63,917 nt of DNA from Malacoraja senta (taxonomy: Eukaryota): positions 1,612,084 through 1,676,000 of the forward strand of contig CM075998.1 of assembly GCA_038087875.1 (NCBI GenBank), written 5' to 3'. Position 1 is the stretch's first letter; the number at the start of each line of letters is the position of its first letter. Shown here piece after piece: positions 36,201-49,575 of this stretch. The notes under the pieces were generated by a model. That model worked only from the letters and a program-made list of their open reading frames with translations. It was not told where the DNA came from and ran no database searches. A program made the translations under genes and the position numbers.

Positions 36201-39200
36201 AATTGAGTCATCTCCCTGACCCCGTCTTATGCAATGATTCAAGTTTATTCCAGAAGAATCAGTATAAATATGTTAATACAAACAAGTGGATTTCATATGC
36301 AGAGTAGAAAACCAAAAAGGCATCTCAGAACATTGGTAAATGGAATTAATTATTTACAACAATACTTTGAAATCTAGTGAATCAATTTCATGAGAATGGT
36401 GTGATTAAAAACGGAAACACACGCACACCAGCATCCAACAGAAGTACAATTTTTTTCTCCATTTGTTTAGCGAGAAACTGATTTTTCTATAAAAGGTCTT
36501 GTGCATTACAGCATCTATAGATTAAAAAGTGAATGTCCTGCACCCGACGTTTACTTATACTGTGCTGAAACTGGTGCTGGCACACAGAACATCTTGGAGA
36601 CATATCCTTCCGATGACCCCGTATAATTTCACTGTGAGGAAGCATTTGATCGCTGTCCAGTTCCTTCTCTCAGTTTTATGGCTTATACGAGGGGGGGGGG
36701 GCAAGACTGCATGTACAGGTTTCTTTCTCTATACGGATTTAGTTGTTTTCCCCCCCAATTTACACCTTCCATGATTGTGTCCGTATATAGCATGTGGACA
36801 TTGAACCGTTGAATCTGTCAGTTAGCGGGTTTTCTCAAGATCAAAATCAAAGCGTACTTGCGAAACCGCCCAGATATTTTTTCTGAATGCTTCATGCGAA
36901 AATACCCTTCATGAATTGAAATAATTACCAATGTCAGGGGCTAAAAATAAATTAACTGACAACATGTGTACTCGTTATACTCTCTGGAAATAGTGCTTTT
37001 TAAATGTTATCATAATGTGCTTAAATACATTTACAATTTACACATATCAAGATACAAAAGAAAACTGTGAGCTTCAGTTGTACTTGAAGTTCATTCAAAA
37101 ATAACATCATGTGTACCCCAATGGAGAAACACAATTAAAACATGTCTTCCAAGTCCAGTTGAATCCTTCAAAAAGAATGTAAACTCACCACTTCTGGTCC
37201 TGAATCTGTTTTAATCCAAACAATAACTGACAACACCACTGTACATTCACTTTAATACATAGTTTATAGTATTTACACATAGTGTTCACCAATTGCAGGG
37301 TACCAACAGTAAACATCTGCAAGTTCTCAATAAATCATAACTTTTCATGAACATCAGGCATCATTGACAATAAGTATTTACAATAGCAATGCATCAGTTC
37401 AAAAACGGACAAAATGGGTTTACTGGGCTTTTAAAACATATCTTGAATTGTTGTAGTTTTGGATTTTTTGGCCGCAGTTAATTAATCTTGGACGTTAGTT
37501 GCTGTGTTGTAAAATCTCAGTGATTCTCAATATAGTAAAGTGGTAGCTATTTTAAAATCATGGTTTACAGAAGCACATGTGCCAAATATCTCACTGTTGG
37601 TGTTGGCCTTTGAATCCCTCCCCACAAAGTATATTTTCAATATCACTGACTGACTGGCAGAAATACCATCACATATAAATTCCCATGCACATTGTGGTAA
37701 GTTAGAAATCTATTGTCTTCCAAGTCAAAAATATTGATTAAAAGTTTTAAATTAACATTATGACAGTAATATGCAGGAATAGGTTCATCATTAGAATATC
37801 ACTAACTCTTACCTCCTCTTTACAACTTACTCATTGGTATATTTTGTTTGAGCAAGGAAAAATTAAATGGGCACAATTATGCACTACTCATGCAAATCAG
37901 TCATAAATGAACACATAAACTGAGAACCAGTCAGGACATTATAGTAAATGCCAAGTTATTTTCTGCATTCTACTTTTCTAATCTGTGCTTCATTACAGGA
38001 CTTCCCCTTTTTCCTCTGGCAATTTTCTACTATCATATTTCTCATTCAAAAGGTACAGACACAATGTGGTCAAGCTATTTAAATTCATGAGCCCAGGTAG
38101 CATATTTTGCAGAGTCAGATTCTATCCTCACCATCCGCAAGCATTTTCAACAGGAATAGTCAGATAATAACCGTTGATGCATGTTTATACTGTCCATGAC
38201 TAAAATATATTTTAGTCAAATCACATATATACACGTTTACATATACTATATAGCATCTATATAGTGAGTTTTTGTATGAATGTGTATTTATTTTTTCTCA
38301 TTGGTTTTGCAACTTAATTGTTACAATACCGAATGCAGGAAACAGCAGACACCCCCCGAATCCTGACTGACAATGAGCTAGTACAATGAGGCATCTGACA
38401 GAGAGCATCCCAGCCAGATGAGAAAACGGAATGGCAATTTACATGTGCTGAGCATCAACTTTCCAATAATACATCAAATATAAGAAACCAGCAATTGTTT
38501 TCTCCACATCTTCTGCTGCTTTTCTGGTCCTGCTTATTTATTGACCAACACCCAGTCTCCACATTCCAGACACCAAACCAAATCTGTATGTATTACATTT
38601 ACATATAACTCTGCTTTAGAAGCTTGCACCCCAATTATTCTTGCTTCACTTTAATATCCTTGGTGGCCTCAGTGACTGTTTATGGTGAACATGTACTCAT
38701 TTTATTTCTAAAAATGCTTTTTGTAGCCCAATCTACAGAGGACTTGCACAGCTTTGAAAGAAAAATATAGTCAAGGTGTGAGTAATAAATGCAATGATTA
38801 GAGAAAAACTATTTGCAAAAAATATAACATGTTAATTGAAGACTTGAGAAGCACAGGGTGTGTTTAATTAGGAAAACACTAAACGCACATGACTTTCTTG
38901 AAAAAACGTTTCCACACACGTTTACTGAGAAATGGGCTGGTTACAAAAATGTTTGAAAAGATCAGAATACTTTTACTTAGTAAATTAGGGGATATTACTA
39001 TTTTGTTCCCAGTAATAATCCCAAATGTAATTTCAGATTAAAAAGGGAAATGACATTTGTGGCATAGGATCAGTTTAAAAATGTTTTAAAATACATCAGT
39101 AATCAACCAAAAAAAAGAATCTTACAATGTTAAGAGGATGGGAAAGTTTATTCACTATCACTTTGAATTGAGCCCATCACTCCATTACTGTTCTTTTTGC

Positions 39201-40327
39201 AGATTTCTATATTTAACAGACGTATAGGAAGTCTTGCCATCAGTATACCTTGTAGAAGATAGTTGTTGGTTTTTTGCTTGATATAAATCATTAATACAAT
39301 TTGTAGTTTAGAGTGCTCTAATTTGAGAAATTTTGGAGCAAGACAGCTTAAAAGAACTTGATGATCATCAGTAGCTGCTCTTATTAACCCAAAGTGCTTT
39401 AGGGATCTACTTCCAATGCCCTCAATGTAAATTAGCCCCAAGTGGTTGCCTGGTTCATTGCTACATTTAAACAAAGAGCGCCATTATATTATAGTTTTGC
39501 ATTCCCTCCATCTGTGGGTAAAACTGTCATACTTATTGCATTTATGCTGCAAGCTAGTTCTCCAACAAGAGGGAGAAAAGGGAGCCATGGTGTCATTTTC
39601 TGCATTCTTTAATTTCTGCTCTGACCACAATCAAAGCAGCAGAGCATTTTATTTTTGGTTGGGTGGTATGAAGGAGTGAATGAGGGTAATTTTTTTGTAG
39701 TTTTATAATATTTCTTGCCTTTAAAAAAAGCGATAAAAAAAGTTGTAAAGGCACAATGTTCTTTAAGCGCATGTACAAGTGTTTTTAGAAAGCTGATGTT
39801 TTGATGTTGATTAAAACCAATTTTACATGAGCAAAAGAAAGCAGCCATATTTGCAGACAAAACCTTATCCCACTGCTGCTGCTGCAGTTGGAAAGCTTGA
39901 GTTGGTGTGGGCATTGCAATGCGCTGTCAAAGACTTTGCTTTCATTTGCACCAGAGCTTACAACATGAGCAAATTAAAAAAAGGTTTCAAAGAATTCAAA
40001 AACTTGAGTTCAATTCAATCTTTCTTCCCCCCACCAAAAGAAATTTGCGACATATATGGTTTGCAAATTGAAGCACATTTCAACTTCCATTTGCTACTAC
40101 TGCTGAGGTACAATTCTGCGCAACCTGTTCTCCAGACGAGTTCAACAGCAACAAATGAGACAGAAAAACACAAATTCTCATCATTTCATTTTTGACTTTG
40201 CAAAAGGGTTGGTGATGGTGAGACTCCCTCTTTAACAATCATACTTGACTCACTTTTTGCAATTGCCCTGGGAACCAATAAGAAATAGAAATCTCTTGTA
40301 AAGCTTCAAATGAAATGCCTTCTAATC

Positions 40328-41974
40328 TCAACTATCCTCTGCACGATAGAGGAACTTCATATTCTGTGATGCATTTGGATAACTGACCATTTGAGTCATG
40401 GTATAATTCATGGCAATTCCTGGGAGCGATTGCGTCACTGCCAATGGTGCAACTGAGATGGCAATTGTGCGATTGAAACTGGTGAAGCCACCCCTTGGGC
40501 ATAAGATGTCGAGAGAGCAGCACTAAGACAGGGTGGACTTTGGGATGTAGCTTCAGAACATAAAGCATTATGAGCTCTAGCTTGCGCTATCAATTCTTGA
40601 TGAGAAATAGACTGTGATCTCACGACCTGGTTGCTCAGGGTGGTGTGAGTCTCCACTATACTATGATTATAATTGGTAACAGCATGCATAGCTGGTGATT
40701 GTGTTGGGTCAGTCCCTGTGGTCAGGATCCCCAGTTTCACTTGCTTGCGTAAATCAGCATTTTGCTCCAGAAGTACCTCATTTGTAATCTTTAGGCTTGA
40801 CACCTGCTTCTTAAGCTCCTCATTGCGCATTCTGAGCATATGGTTTTCCTCCTCCAAAAAATTCATTTCAACTGGACGCAGACTGGGGATGCTGTAATCA
40901 AATACTTCAAACCGTAGACCCTCCGTTCTTTTCCTTTTTGGAGTTTGGTCAACATCACATTTCTCTGTCTCATACAGGTCATCCAAACGGTCATATCTAC
41001 AGATCTCAGGAGAAGCTTCTTTATTTTGTGACACATTTTCTATACTTGTCTTATCATTGTCATCACGTTTCAAGTGCTGGAATTTACACTTGGATCCTCT
41101 TCGACATTTGCCTTTTAGAAAGTCACGGCAGAATGGGACTTCCTTTGTAATAAGAGGCAAATTAGAGGGCGAGAGCCCAAATGTCACAGCCACTGTCTTT
41201 TGTAAGTGGGCAGGAAGCTTTCCTGTTTTATTGTAATAATTCTCTTCACCCTTTGTCCCGTGAATGAACGTGCAGTTCTCACGCGTACATTTGCTATTTT
41301 GAAAGTACTGACAAAAGATAGACTCATGCCGCATATCACCTACATCATAGGCTTCAACATTGTCCGGGTGAAAGTACCTGCAATTCTTACCACGGGTGCA
41401 GACATTGCGCAGAAAGTCACGACAAACATTCCGTTTGCTCTTGCTCGCATCAAATTTGCTATTATTCACGAAATTATCAGCGTCATCACTTAGGTCAACA
41501 TGGTTGGATACCTCAATATCATCTGGGTGAAAATATCTACAATTCTTACCACGATTGCAGAGATTGCGCAAAAAGTCTCGGCAAATATTCAGATTGCTTT
41601 TGTCAGCCTCATCATTGCCAAAGTTGACTAAATTATCAATGTCGTTCCTTACGTCAGCGAGGACAGAGGGCTCAATATCATCTGGATGGAAATACCTGCA
41701 ATTCTTACCACGGTTGCAGGTATTGCGCAGAAAGTCTCGGCAAATGTTCGATTTTGTTTTTGCCAGCTTCGTCATTAGTAATGATGACAAAATTATCAGT
41801 GTCGTTCCTTATGTCGGCAAGGTCGGAGGCCTCAACATTGTCAGGGTGGAAGTACCTGCAATTCTTACCACGAGTGCAGACATTGCGCAGAAAGTCTCGG
41901 CAAACATTCCGTTTGCTCTTGCCAGGCTCATATTTGCCGCTGTTGACTAAATTATCAGTGTCGTTCTCGGACAT
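40328..41974 (-). pseudogene. ZC3H10-like paralog B with six CCCH fingers (finger 1 x4); two 1-nt frameshifts in this sequence (young pseudogene or assembly indels)
   Basis: ORFs 41705-41974 and 40435-41790 join after removing one A at 41752-41761. The ZC3H10-like tail (QSLPGIAMNYTMTQMVSYPNASQNMK) continues in another frame after ~40467 to TGA at 40328. Acceptor TTTTTCTTTTACAG| at 42023. Coiled coil EEENHMLRMRNEELKKQVSSLKITNEVLLEQNADLR intact. Confidence 0.8.
41340..41974 (-). repeat. four coding tandem repeats of 159 bp (53 aa), each with a CCCH finger
   Basis: First Cys codons at 41902, 41742, 41583 and 41424 (spacing 160, 159, 159). Confidence 0.93.
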
Positions 41975-42504
41975 GCTTCCAGAATATTTCTGCGCTACTC
42001 AGCCAAGGCTCTCAATAAACAACTGTAAAAGAAAAAGAAGCCAGGTCTTTTACAATAAATAAGAGATTCATCTACAAAGTAATTTAGCTTAATCCCTTTC
42101 TCACAAAATATTGTAGCTGCTCCTACATCGTTAATTCAATAGAAAATACTTACAGCAAGTTACCAGTGGAACATCAAGGTATATATTAAAATTTAAAAAG
42201 AGATAAGCAGTATTAAGTCGGTAGTTTTGCTTTTAATATCGCAAATACCAATGCTTTGAGTTTTCCTGAAAAAGACACCGGCATAACAAAGTAAACATGT
42301 CTTCTTGATTATTGCACTCCAGATAGTACATGCATAGAAAAAATTTAATTCATACTGCAAGTGATTTTTTTAGTAATTTGTAAATGCAGGACATTAGAAT
42401 CAGTACTGGAAACAAATTCCTGAAGCAACATGTTAAAGAAGATTATGAAGAAGTAGTGCTGATTTAACTCACCAGAGTCAGCTGACCTCATTAAAAGCAT
42501 TGGA

Positions 42505-42716
42505 AGGAACTGCAGATGCTGGTTTAAATCGTAAACACAAAAACCTGGAGTAACTCAGTGGCTCAGACAGAATCTCTGGAGAAAAGGAATAGGTGACGTT
42601 TCGGGTCGAGACCCTAAGGATCTTCTGAAGAAGGGTCTCGACCCAAAATGGCACCTAATCCTTTTCTCCAAAGATACTGTCTGACTCGCTGAGTTACTGC
42701 AGCTTTTTATGTCTAT
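42505..42716. mobile_element. Penelope-derived palindromic short element
   Basis: gtgacgtttcgggtcgagaccct ... ctgaagaagggtctcgacccaaaat with flanking inverted arms. Confidence 0.8.
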
Positions 42717-43899
42717 CACGCTAAAAAGGTACCATTGCCACTTGAAAAGCTGATCTTTGTTTTCACATAGAATTCCACAACAGATGTAATTACCGTAACT
42801 ACAATGGACATTTTCTGCAATGCAGCAGAATTAAAAAAATAATCCTTTCAGAATTGGTCACTTAAATTCTACTTCATACACACATTTTGATCTGCCATCT
42901 GTGTGCAAGTACAATACCAGAGATGCTAAGGTAAATATCGACTTTAACAAATTAAAAATGGCAGGTATGTTTTGAACAGTAAATGAATATCTTTAAATGT
43001 ACAAATTAGCATGTTACAGGCAAATCAAGACATACTGCTGAAATATATATGCACAAAGGAGTATTCTTGAAGTGAAGACCCTGAAAAAGGTTAACATTTA
43101 TATTTGTAAAAGCCAATTTAAGCAAAATATACACTTTTAATAGAAACAATGTCAAGATAACTTTAAAGTAGCAATCTTGTATGATGATTTATAAAACAGT
43201 CAACAAAAAAAGTTCTCTTCAACATATATTGTCAGCTTCATTGCAAGCTGCATCGTTTTCAGGACTAAAGGCCATGGGTTCTCATGCTGTAATCCACATT
43301 CCTTTTCTATTGCAATGTCCGATATATTACTCCCTCCTTTATCATCGTTTATCAATGATAGCTCCCTATTCTTAATTTTTTTTAAATCTTCCATATTACC
43401 TGATCTTAAACTATGCCTACCACCCCGCACAAATAGCAAGGCTATTCGTAAAACATTGCGCCCCTCTTCCCTCCTTATTAGCTCTTAACTCTTTATTAAC
43501 ATCATGTGTATCAAACAACTTTTGAGTGCAGATCCCATTTCAAAAGGAAGGTAGTAGTTGGTTCTCCTTGCAGCTTTCCAGATATGATGCAAGAAAAAGT
43601 TTGCTGTTTGTCAATTCTCTTAACCACTCATTTTCTTTTTCTTTTAATAAAAGCAAAATTTACATTGATATAGTCAGTAGTCTTGTGAAATTTTTTCTTG
43701 TTCCTCCAAGACTCCTGCATCCTCACTTGGAGAAATCAAAACTGATTGCGCTGCTTCTTACTGTAATTCTATCTCAGGACCTCAAAATCAAAGAAATTAC
43801 TTCACCTTCTCTGATCGTATCGCATTCAAAGGGATTGATGTGCAGGAACAGGTTGGGTCAAGTCATTGGAGTTTTAAAGAACAAGAGACAATCTTATTG

Positions 43900-44250
43900 A
43901 AATATCCAAAGGTCTTGGGAACCTTGATGGACTAAATGCTGTGAAGACACCCCCTCATGGCAGGGTCTAGGACCAGCAGACAGAGTCTTAGATAAAGGAC
44001 TGCCCATTTAAGATAGAGATGAGGAAGAATCTCTTCTCCCAAAAGATTGGGAATTTTTCACCTAAAAAAGCCGTTGAGGCCGAATTGTTGAATGATGAGA
44101 GATGGATTTTTAATCAATACGTGAAACAAGGGTTGTAAGGAGACAGATTGGGGGGGGGGGGGGGGTGTTGAGAGGACTTGATAACAGTTGTACGAGTCAT
44201 GAGTGGTGGAGCAGGCTCAAATAACTGAATTACCTTCTCCTGTGCCTATG
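43900..44250 (+). mobile_element. old CR1 3' fragment
   Basis: tctaggaccag...ccatttaagatagagatgaggaagaatctcttctccca...ggtggagcaggctcaa resembles the CR1 3' end. Confidence 0.6.
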
Positions 44251-44787
44251 GTGTCTTTCAGACAATGAGCACCAGATCACCACTGATTAAATGATTTTTT
44301 TTCTTAATTTCCATCTATCCTTTCACCAATTAACTTAAATCTATGCCTCAAGTTATTGGTCTCCAATGGAAATTCTCCAGTCACATTCTTTTTTTGTGTT
44401 TACTCTCGCTCTTTCTAGGTCTCTCATAAGATTAATATTTCAATTGCCTCTTTTCTTTGGATCGTGTCAGCATATAGTTTCTTGCTCGACTTGTTATGTG
44501 AGACTTTATCAAACACCACTCCAAAATCCATTTGTAGTGCATCAAATGCTCTGCCCTATCAACACTCTTAACAATCTCCTCAAAAAAAGCAACTAAGTTT
44601 GCAAGTCATATGTTTTCCATGCAAAGTGTCTGTGATTAACTTGGTGCAGACATATGCAAATTTCCAATAACTTCACCTGACATTTAAGCTGACCGACCCG
44701 TGGATGTCAGTATATGCCTTTTACTCTTTAAAAAAAATCAGTACCACAGTAACAATCTTCCAGTCCTCAAAGCACTGGAAAATTATG

Positions 44788-45535
44788 GTGTAGGAAGGAA
44801 CTACAGATGCTGGTTTAAACCGAATATAGACACAAAATGCTGGAGTAACTCAGCAGGACAGGCAGCATCTCTGGAGAGAAGGAACGGGTGACGTTTCGGG
44901 TCGAGACCCTTCTTCAGTGGGTCTCGACTTGAAACATCACCCATTCCTTCTCTCCAGAGATGCTGCCTGTCCCGCTGAGTTACTCCAGCATTTTGTGTCT
45001 ATCTTCACTAGAAAATTATAGTCAGAGCCTGATTGATGTCGGCTGCTGCAATTTTTTTTTTAAAGGGCTTGAAATAAATTTTATCCTGATCAACCAATTT
45101 ATCCACTTTTGCCAGACCTTTTTAATACATCCTCTACTTCTTTATGTTCAATGTTTCCAATACCACATTCTTCTATCTCAATGTCAATGCCCATATAACA
45201 CCAGTTTTCCTTGAACAGCTGCAAGTTATTCTTATGCAACTTTGCATATCTCAGATAGACACAAAAAGCTGGAGTAACTCAGTGGGACAGGCAACATCTC
45301 TGGAGAGAAGGAATAGGTAACGTTTCGGGTCGAGACACTTCTTCAGACTGCTCATCTCATATATCTCAGGCTGTTAATTGGTCTCTAATAAGACCTATTC
45401 TTTCCTGAAGAACGGTCTCGACCCGAAACGTTACCCATTCCTTCTCTCCAGAGATGCTGCCTGCCCCGCTGATTTACTCCAGCATTTTGTGTCTACCTTC
45501 GATTGAAACCAGCATCTGCAGTTCTTTCCTACACA
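44788..45535. mobile_element. two Penelope-derived palindromic elements; intact minimal hammerhead core on - at 44889-44917
   Basis: Minus strand CTGAAGA-A-GGGT-CTCG-ACCC-GAAA-C-GTC-A. A second pair of arms lies at 45255-45350 and 45405-45535. Confidence 0.8.
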
Positions 45536-47229
45536 TACCTATTCTTTCCTCTTTGATTATCTTGCACTAGTTCTATTTGCATTCAGGAGGATGTCTGATA
45601 ACACCATATCTGAGAGGAATACACAACTCTACTTCCTTCTAAGAGGTCTGTTACTGTCTGAATGATAAAGCATGAAAGCTGAATTGACTGAAATAAAATA
45701 TATAAATTATTGGTCTATTTTCTCAAAGATGGACAGAACATAATAATTATCTGACAAACTAATTCAAGTTTCACTCAACCTTCCAAGAACAGTATACTTA
45801 GCTTTTTTTTCTCCAAAATAACATTGACATATTGGATGGTGCAATTTTATTTTGTGTTGTGCTTTTGCGAGTTTTAAATTTTCAGTATTTGGGTCAATAA
45901 TCCTAACTAGTGTCTAATCTAATTTGTGATTCTGAACTCACAGCAGGCAAGGGAGGATCATTTTCTCACCTTATAAATACAGATGGCACAGTATGTTATA
46001 CTACTGTACTTGCCTGTGACTTGTTTTTACAATAGTGTAGCAATACAGCCTGATCAAAAACACAAAAGCCACATTTATACAGATGTATTCTTGGCATGTT
46101 CTGGCAGGACAAGGGTACTCAAAGGGCCCGGAATAGTCCAGGTTCATCCACAAACATTTGTTACTAAACTAACTACATCTGCAACAGAGCAATTACCTTT
46201 GTGAGATGGATGATAGCTATATTCTCAACAACATTTTTGTATGGCGAATTGTCCATGGGGTCACAACCAGCTGATGTCCATAACCCCACAACAAGGACAA
46301 TTGCAAATACAATATGAAGATGGTGGGCACCAGCAATTTGGAAATAGCCACAAACAGTCACGATCTCAAGAGGTCAACTGTTGAAAAGGGCAATGGAAGA
46401 AGCAAAGAGCAGCATAAGACCATAGACATATGAGCAGAATGAGGCCATTCTGCCATTCGATCATGGCTGATCTATTTTTCCCTCTCAACCCCAAGCAGCA
46501 AGTCCAGTTAGTTATGAGATCAGAGAAAGCAGAGATGAGCAAATTTGCATCTTCTCAGCGCACTACCTTCACCTACAGCAAGTGTCGAAGAGATATTCAG
46601 ACTTTAGTGGGTTCCTGTGTCGCACCAAGCAATGCATAATGAGGTACTGACCATCAAAGTATAATATCTCATCTGCTCAGGCAAAAGGCTGTCTCACATA
46701 TGGGCACCGGCAAAGGCAGGATTAACCCTGGCTGTGCGCCTCTGTAGCAATCAATATGTGCACCTAGTTTAACATGATCGCTTGGGTAACTCCTATGTGA
46801 ATGGCTATACCTCACAATTCATCACATTTAGGAGCGTTAAGGAGCCAAACCAAGCAGGACAAAGAGGGAGGAAGAATAGAATTGTAAAAGTATTCACATC
46901 GTGAAATGTTAATGTTAATCGCTAAATGGAAATGGTAACAAAATACAAATCTGTTATTGCCTCAAAGAATAGCAAAGAGAAAAGAAAATCTGATAATTTT
47001 CCATCCCTCATACCTTCAAGTGGCCAAGTGAACCTTGCTGATTATTCCTCTTGAGAGACAGAAGATGCAGTGACCTAAGGAGGAAGACGGTAAATAATGT
47101 CAAAGTGGCGATCATTGGGAAGTGAGTTTTTAAAATCCAGTAGCCAATGTTCTTTTTAAAAAGTCAACTGGTTAAACATTTATTGTTCAATCACATGTAC
47201 AGAACATAGTTTGAGTCCCATTGATTAAG

Positions 47230-48140
47230 TGGTTAAAAACAACCGGAGAAAGTACTGCACGACATGGAATGGGAAGGAAGGGCTCAACTTCACTCGCCAA
47301 ACACTGCTGAATTACACCATGGCAGGCCGCAAAATATTCACTATCATTTTAACAACGCATTTTGCATCTGACGTAACAGCGGTGATCTTCTTTTGCCCCA
47401 AACTCAGCGACATTCCCAAACGGGCACCGAATGCTGCACAACCACTCGGTTGAAGATGGGCAGCACCATCGGTCCATGATATCAAAAGGAAGTCGGCGCC
47501 TGGAGCAAACGGCTTCAATTAGTTTAAAAACGGACATATTTTTAATACGGATTTATAAATTCTGTGGGAATCCCGTGATTGGCAAACTACACTCATCTTG
47601 GACACTTTGTAATGGTTCATTCATTGGACTTTCATTCTGTGTCCGGATTTCACTATTACATTTTTTCCAAGACGGCCATAGGTTTTAACCTAACCACTAG
47701 ACGTGACTTGTCTTCCTTAAACAACCCTTGTTCTTAGGCTACCGCCATGAGGAAACCTGGATGTTGACAGTTTTGGTGGGGTTGCGACGGAAAGTTCTCG
47801 AACTTGGCGCGAGGCTTCAACTGCGCTCCTAGGCCTCAAGTGATTCACACGGACCGATATTAATTCCAGCGCACAGATGGAAACTAAACATTGTTCTATT
47901 TCTCAAAGATATATATTAATAATAACAGTTTACCAATATTGGAATAAACTCGATCAATAACAAATGGAGAAAGGACAACGCATTCACTTACACTATTTAA
48001 CCTCCCCCCCCCTCTCTCCTCTCTTGGTCCTCCAAACACGACGAGCTTCCATTCTGGTCCTCCGAGGCAAGAGCGACGGCAGAAGACGCTGTTGGGAGTG
48101 TCGCTGCAGGCAGCCGCCGGCAACGTCAATGTGCGGTGGG
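47230..48140. promoter_or_regulatory. CpG-enriched promoter region of zc3h10, possibly shared with the divergently oriented paralog B
   Basis: Local CpG enrichment in an AT-rich background. CRE-like TGACGTAA at 47369. Pyrimidine-rich initiator-like tract at ~48000-48025. Head-to-head gene arrangement. Confidence 0.55.
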
Positions 48141-48331
48141 ACTGTATTCCAGTACAATATGCTCAGGCGTTTACTTTGAAAAAATATCTTGAGGATATTC
48201 AATTGAACAACTTTAACTTGAAATACATCATCCCATTGTGAGAAATTAAGCATTCCAGCCAAGTGCAGCTATTTGACTCTAAGTCGCTCTTGTCTGGGAG
48301 GACCTGTGTGGTACTCGTTGTGTTTGGAGGA
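48000..48331 (+). other. zc3h10: probable non-coding first exon of zc3h10 (5' end uncertain)
   Basis: Donor GGA|GTGAGT at 48332. The 3' end is homologous to the duplicated blocks upstream of the paralogs. The intron would run to the acceptor at 55113. Confidence 0.6.
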
Positions 48332-48989
48332 GTGAGTAAAAGGAGCTTAATCGTGTCTAAATATGTCCCTGTTTTCTGTCAATTTTGTAATTGTTCCAAT
48401 CCACTCTGTTAATCACGCCTATAATTTAAATAATTTTAGTCAGGATTTATTTCTGCTTGCGTATGGAGTTGCTCCATGTAATAGAATGCTGAGGCCTAGA
48501 AATCCCATAACAGCCTTCGAAACCTTAGCAAGTTTGTTACTCTATGTGGTTTGATTCACAGTAACAAACTTAATAAACATTGTTTAAAGAATTCTTGGAT
48601 TGCCCCTGAGTCACAAAATATTCGATATTTGCTATTAATAGTTGGAGTAAGACTGCGGTAAAAATGCTTTATTTTTTGTTAGTACATTAATTCGTATTTA
48701 TGTCAAACCTTTTTAATATAATAAAATGTCCCAATAAACTTTATAGAGAGGAGATAGACACAAACTGCTGGAGTAACTCAGCGGGTCACGCACTTATCTC
48801 TGGAGAGAAGGAACAGGTGATGTTTTGGGTCGAGACCTTTCACCAGACTAGTCTATAGAGAGGAGGACTGGTCTCTGGAGAGTTAAATGAGGTGTCTCAA
48901 AGTGTGATTTGAAGTCAAGTTTTGAGAGTTTTTGGAACTGGGAGAAGAGGTAGTACGGTGAAATCGATTTCAGAATAGAATCTACAAAC

Positions 48990-49575
48990 ATGGATACATA
49001 GACAATAGGTGCAGGAGTAGGCCATTCGGCCCTTTGACCATTCAATGTGATCATGGCTGATCATCCCTAATTAATACCCCATTCCTGCCTTCTCCCCATA
49101 TCCCTTGATTCCGCTCGCCCTAAGAGCTCTATCTAATTCTTTTGAATGCATCCAGTGATTCTCTGAGGCAGAGAATTCCACAAATTCACAACTGTGTGAA
49201 AAAGTTTTTCCTCATCTCAGTTCTAAATGGCTTACCCCTTATTCTTAAACTGTGGTCCCTGGTTCTGGACTCCCCCCAACATCGGGAACATGTTTCCTGC
49301 CTCTAGCGTGTCCAATCCCTTAATTTTATATGTTTATATAAGATAACCTATCATCCTTCTAAATTCTAGTGAATACAAGCCCAGTCGCTCCATTCTTTGA
49401 TCGAACATAGAACAATACAGCACAGAAATGGGCCTTTTAGCCCACAATGTCCATACCAAACATGATGCCAAGAACAGCTGCTTGCAAAAGATCCATATCC
49501 CTCCATTCCCAGCATATACATATTCCCATCTAAAAACCTCTTAAATGCTACTATCATATCTGCCTCTACCAACAT
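48990..49575 (-). mobile_element. CR1 LINE 3' fragments (two adjacent)
   Basis: 48995-49400 is the reverse complement of the CR1 tail at 1870-2207. A second CR1 tail lies at 49400-49575. Confidence 0.85.
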
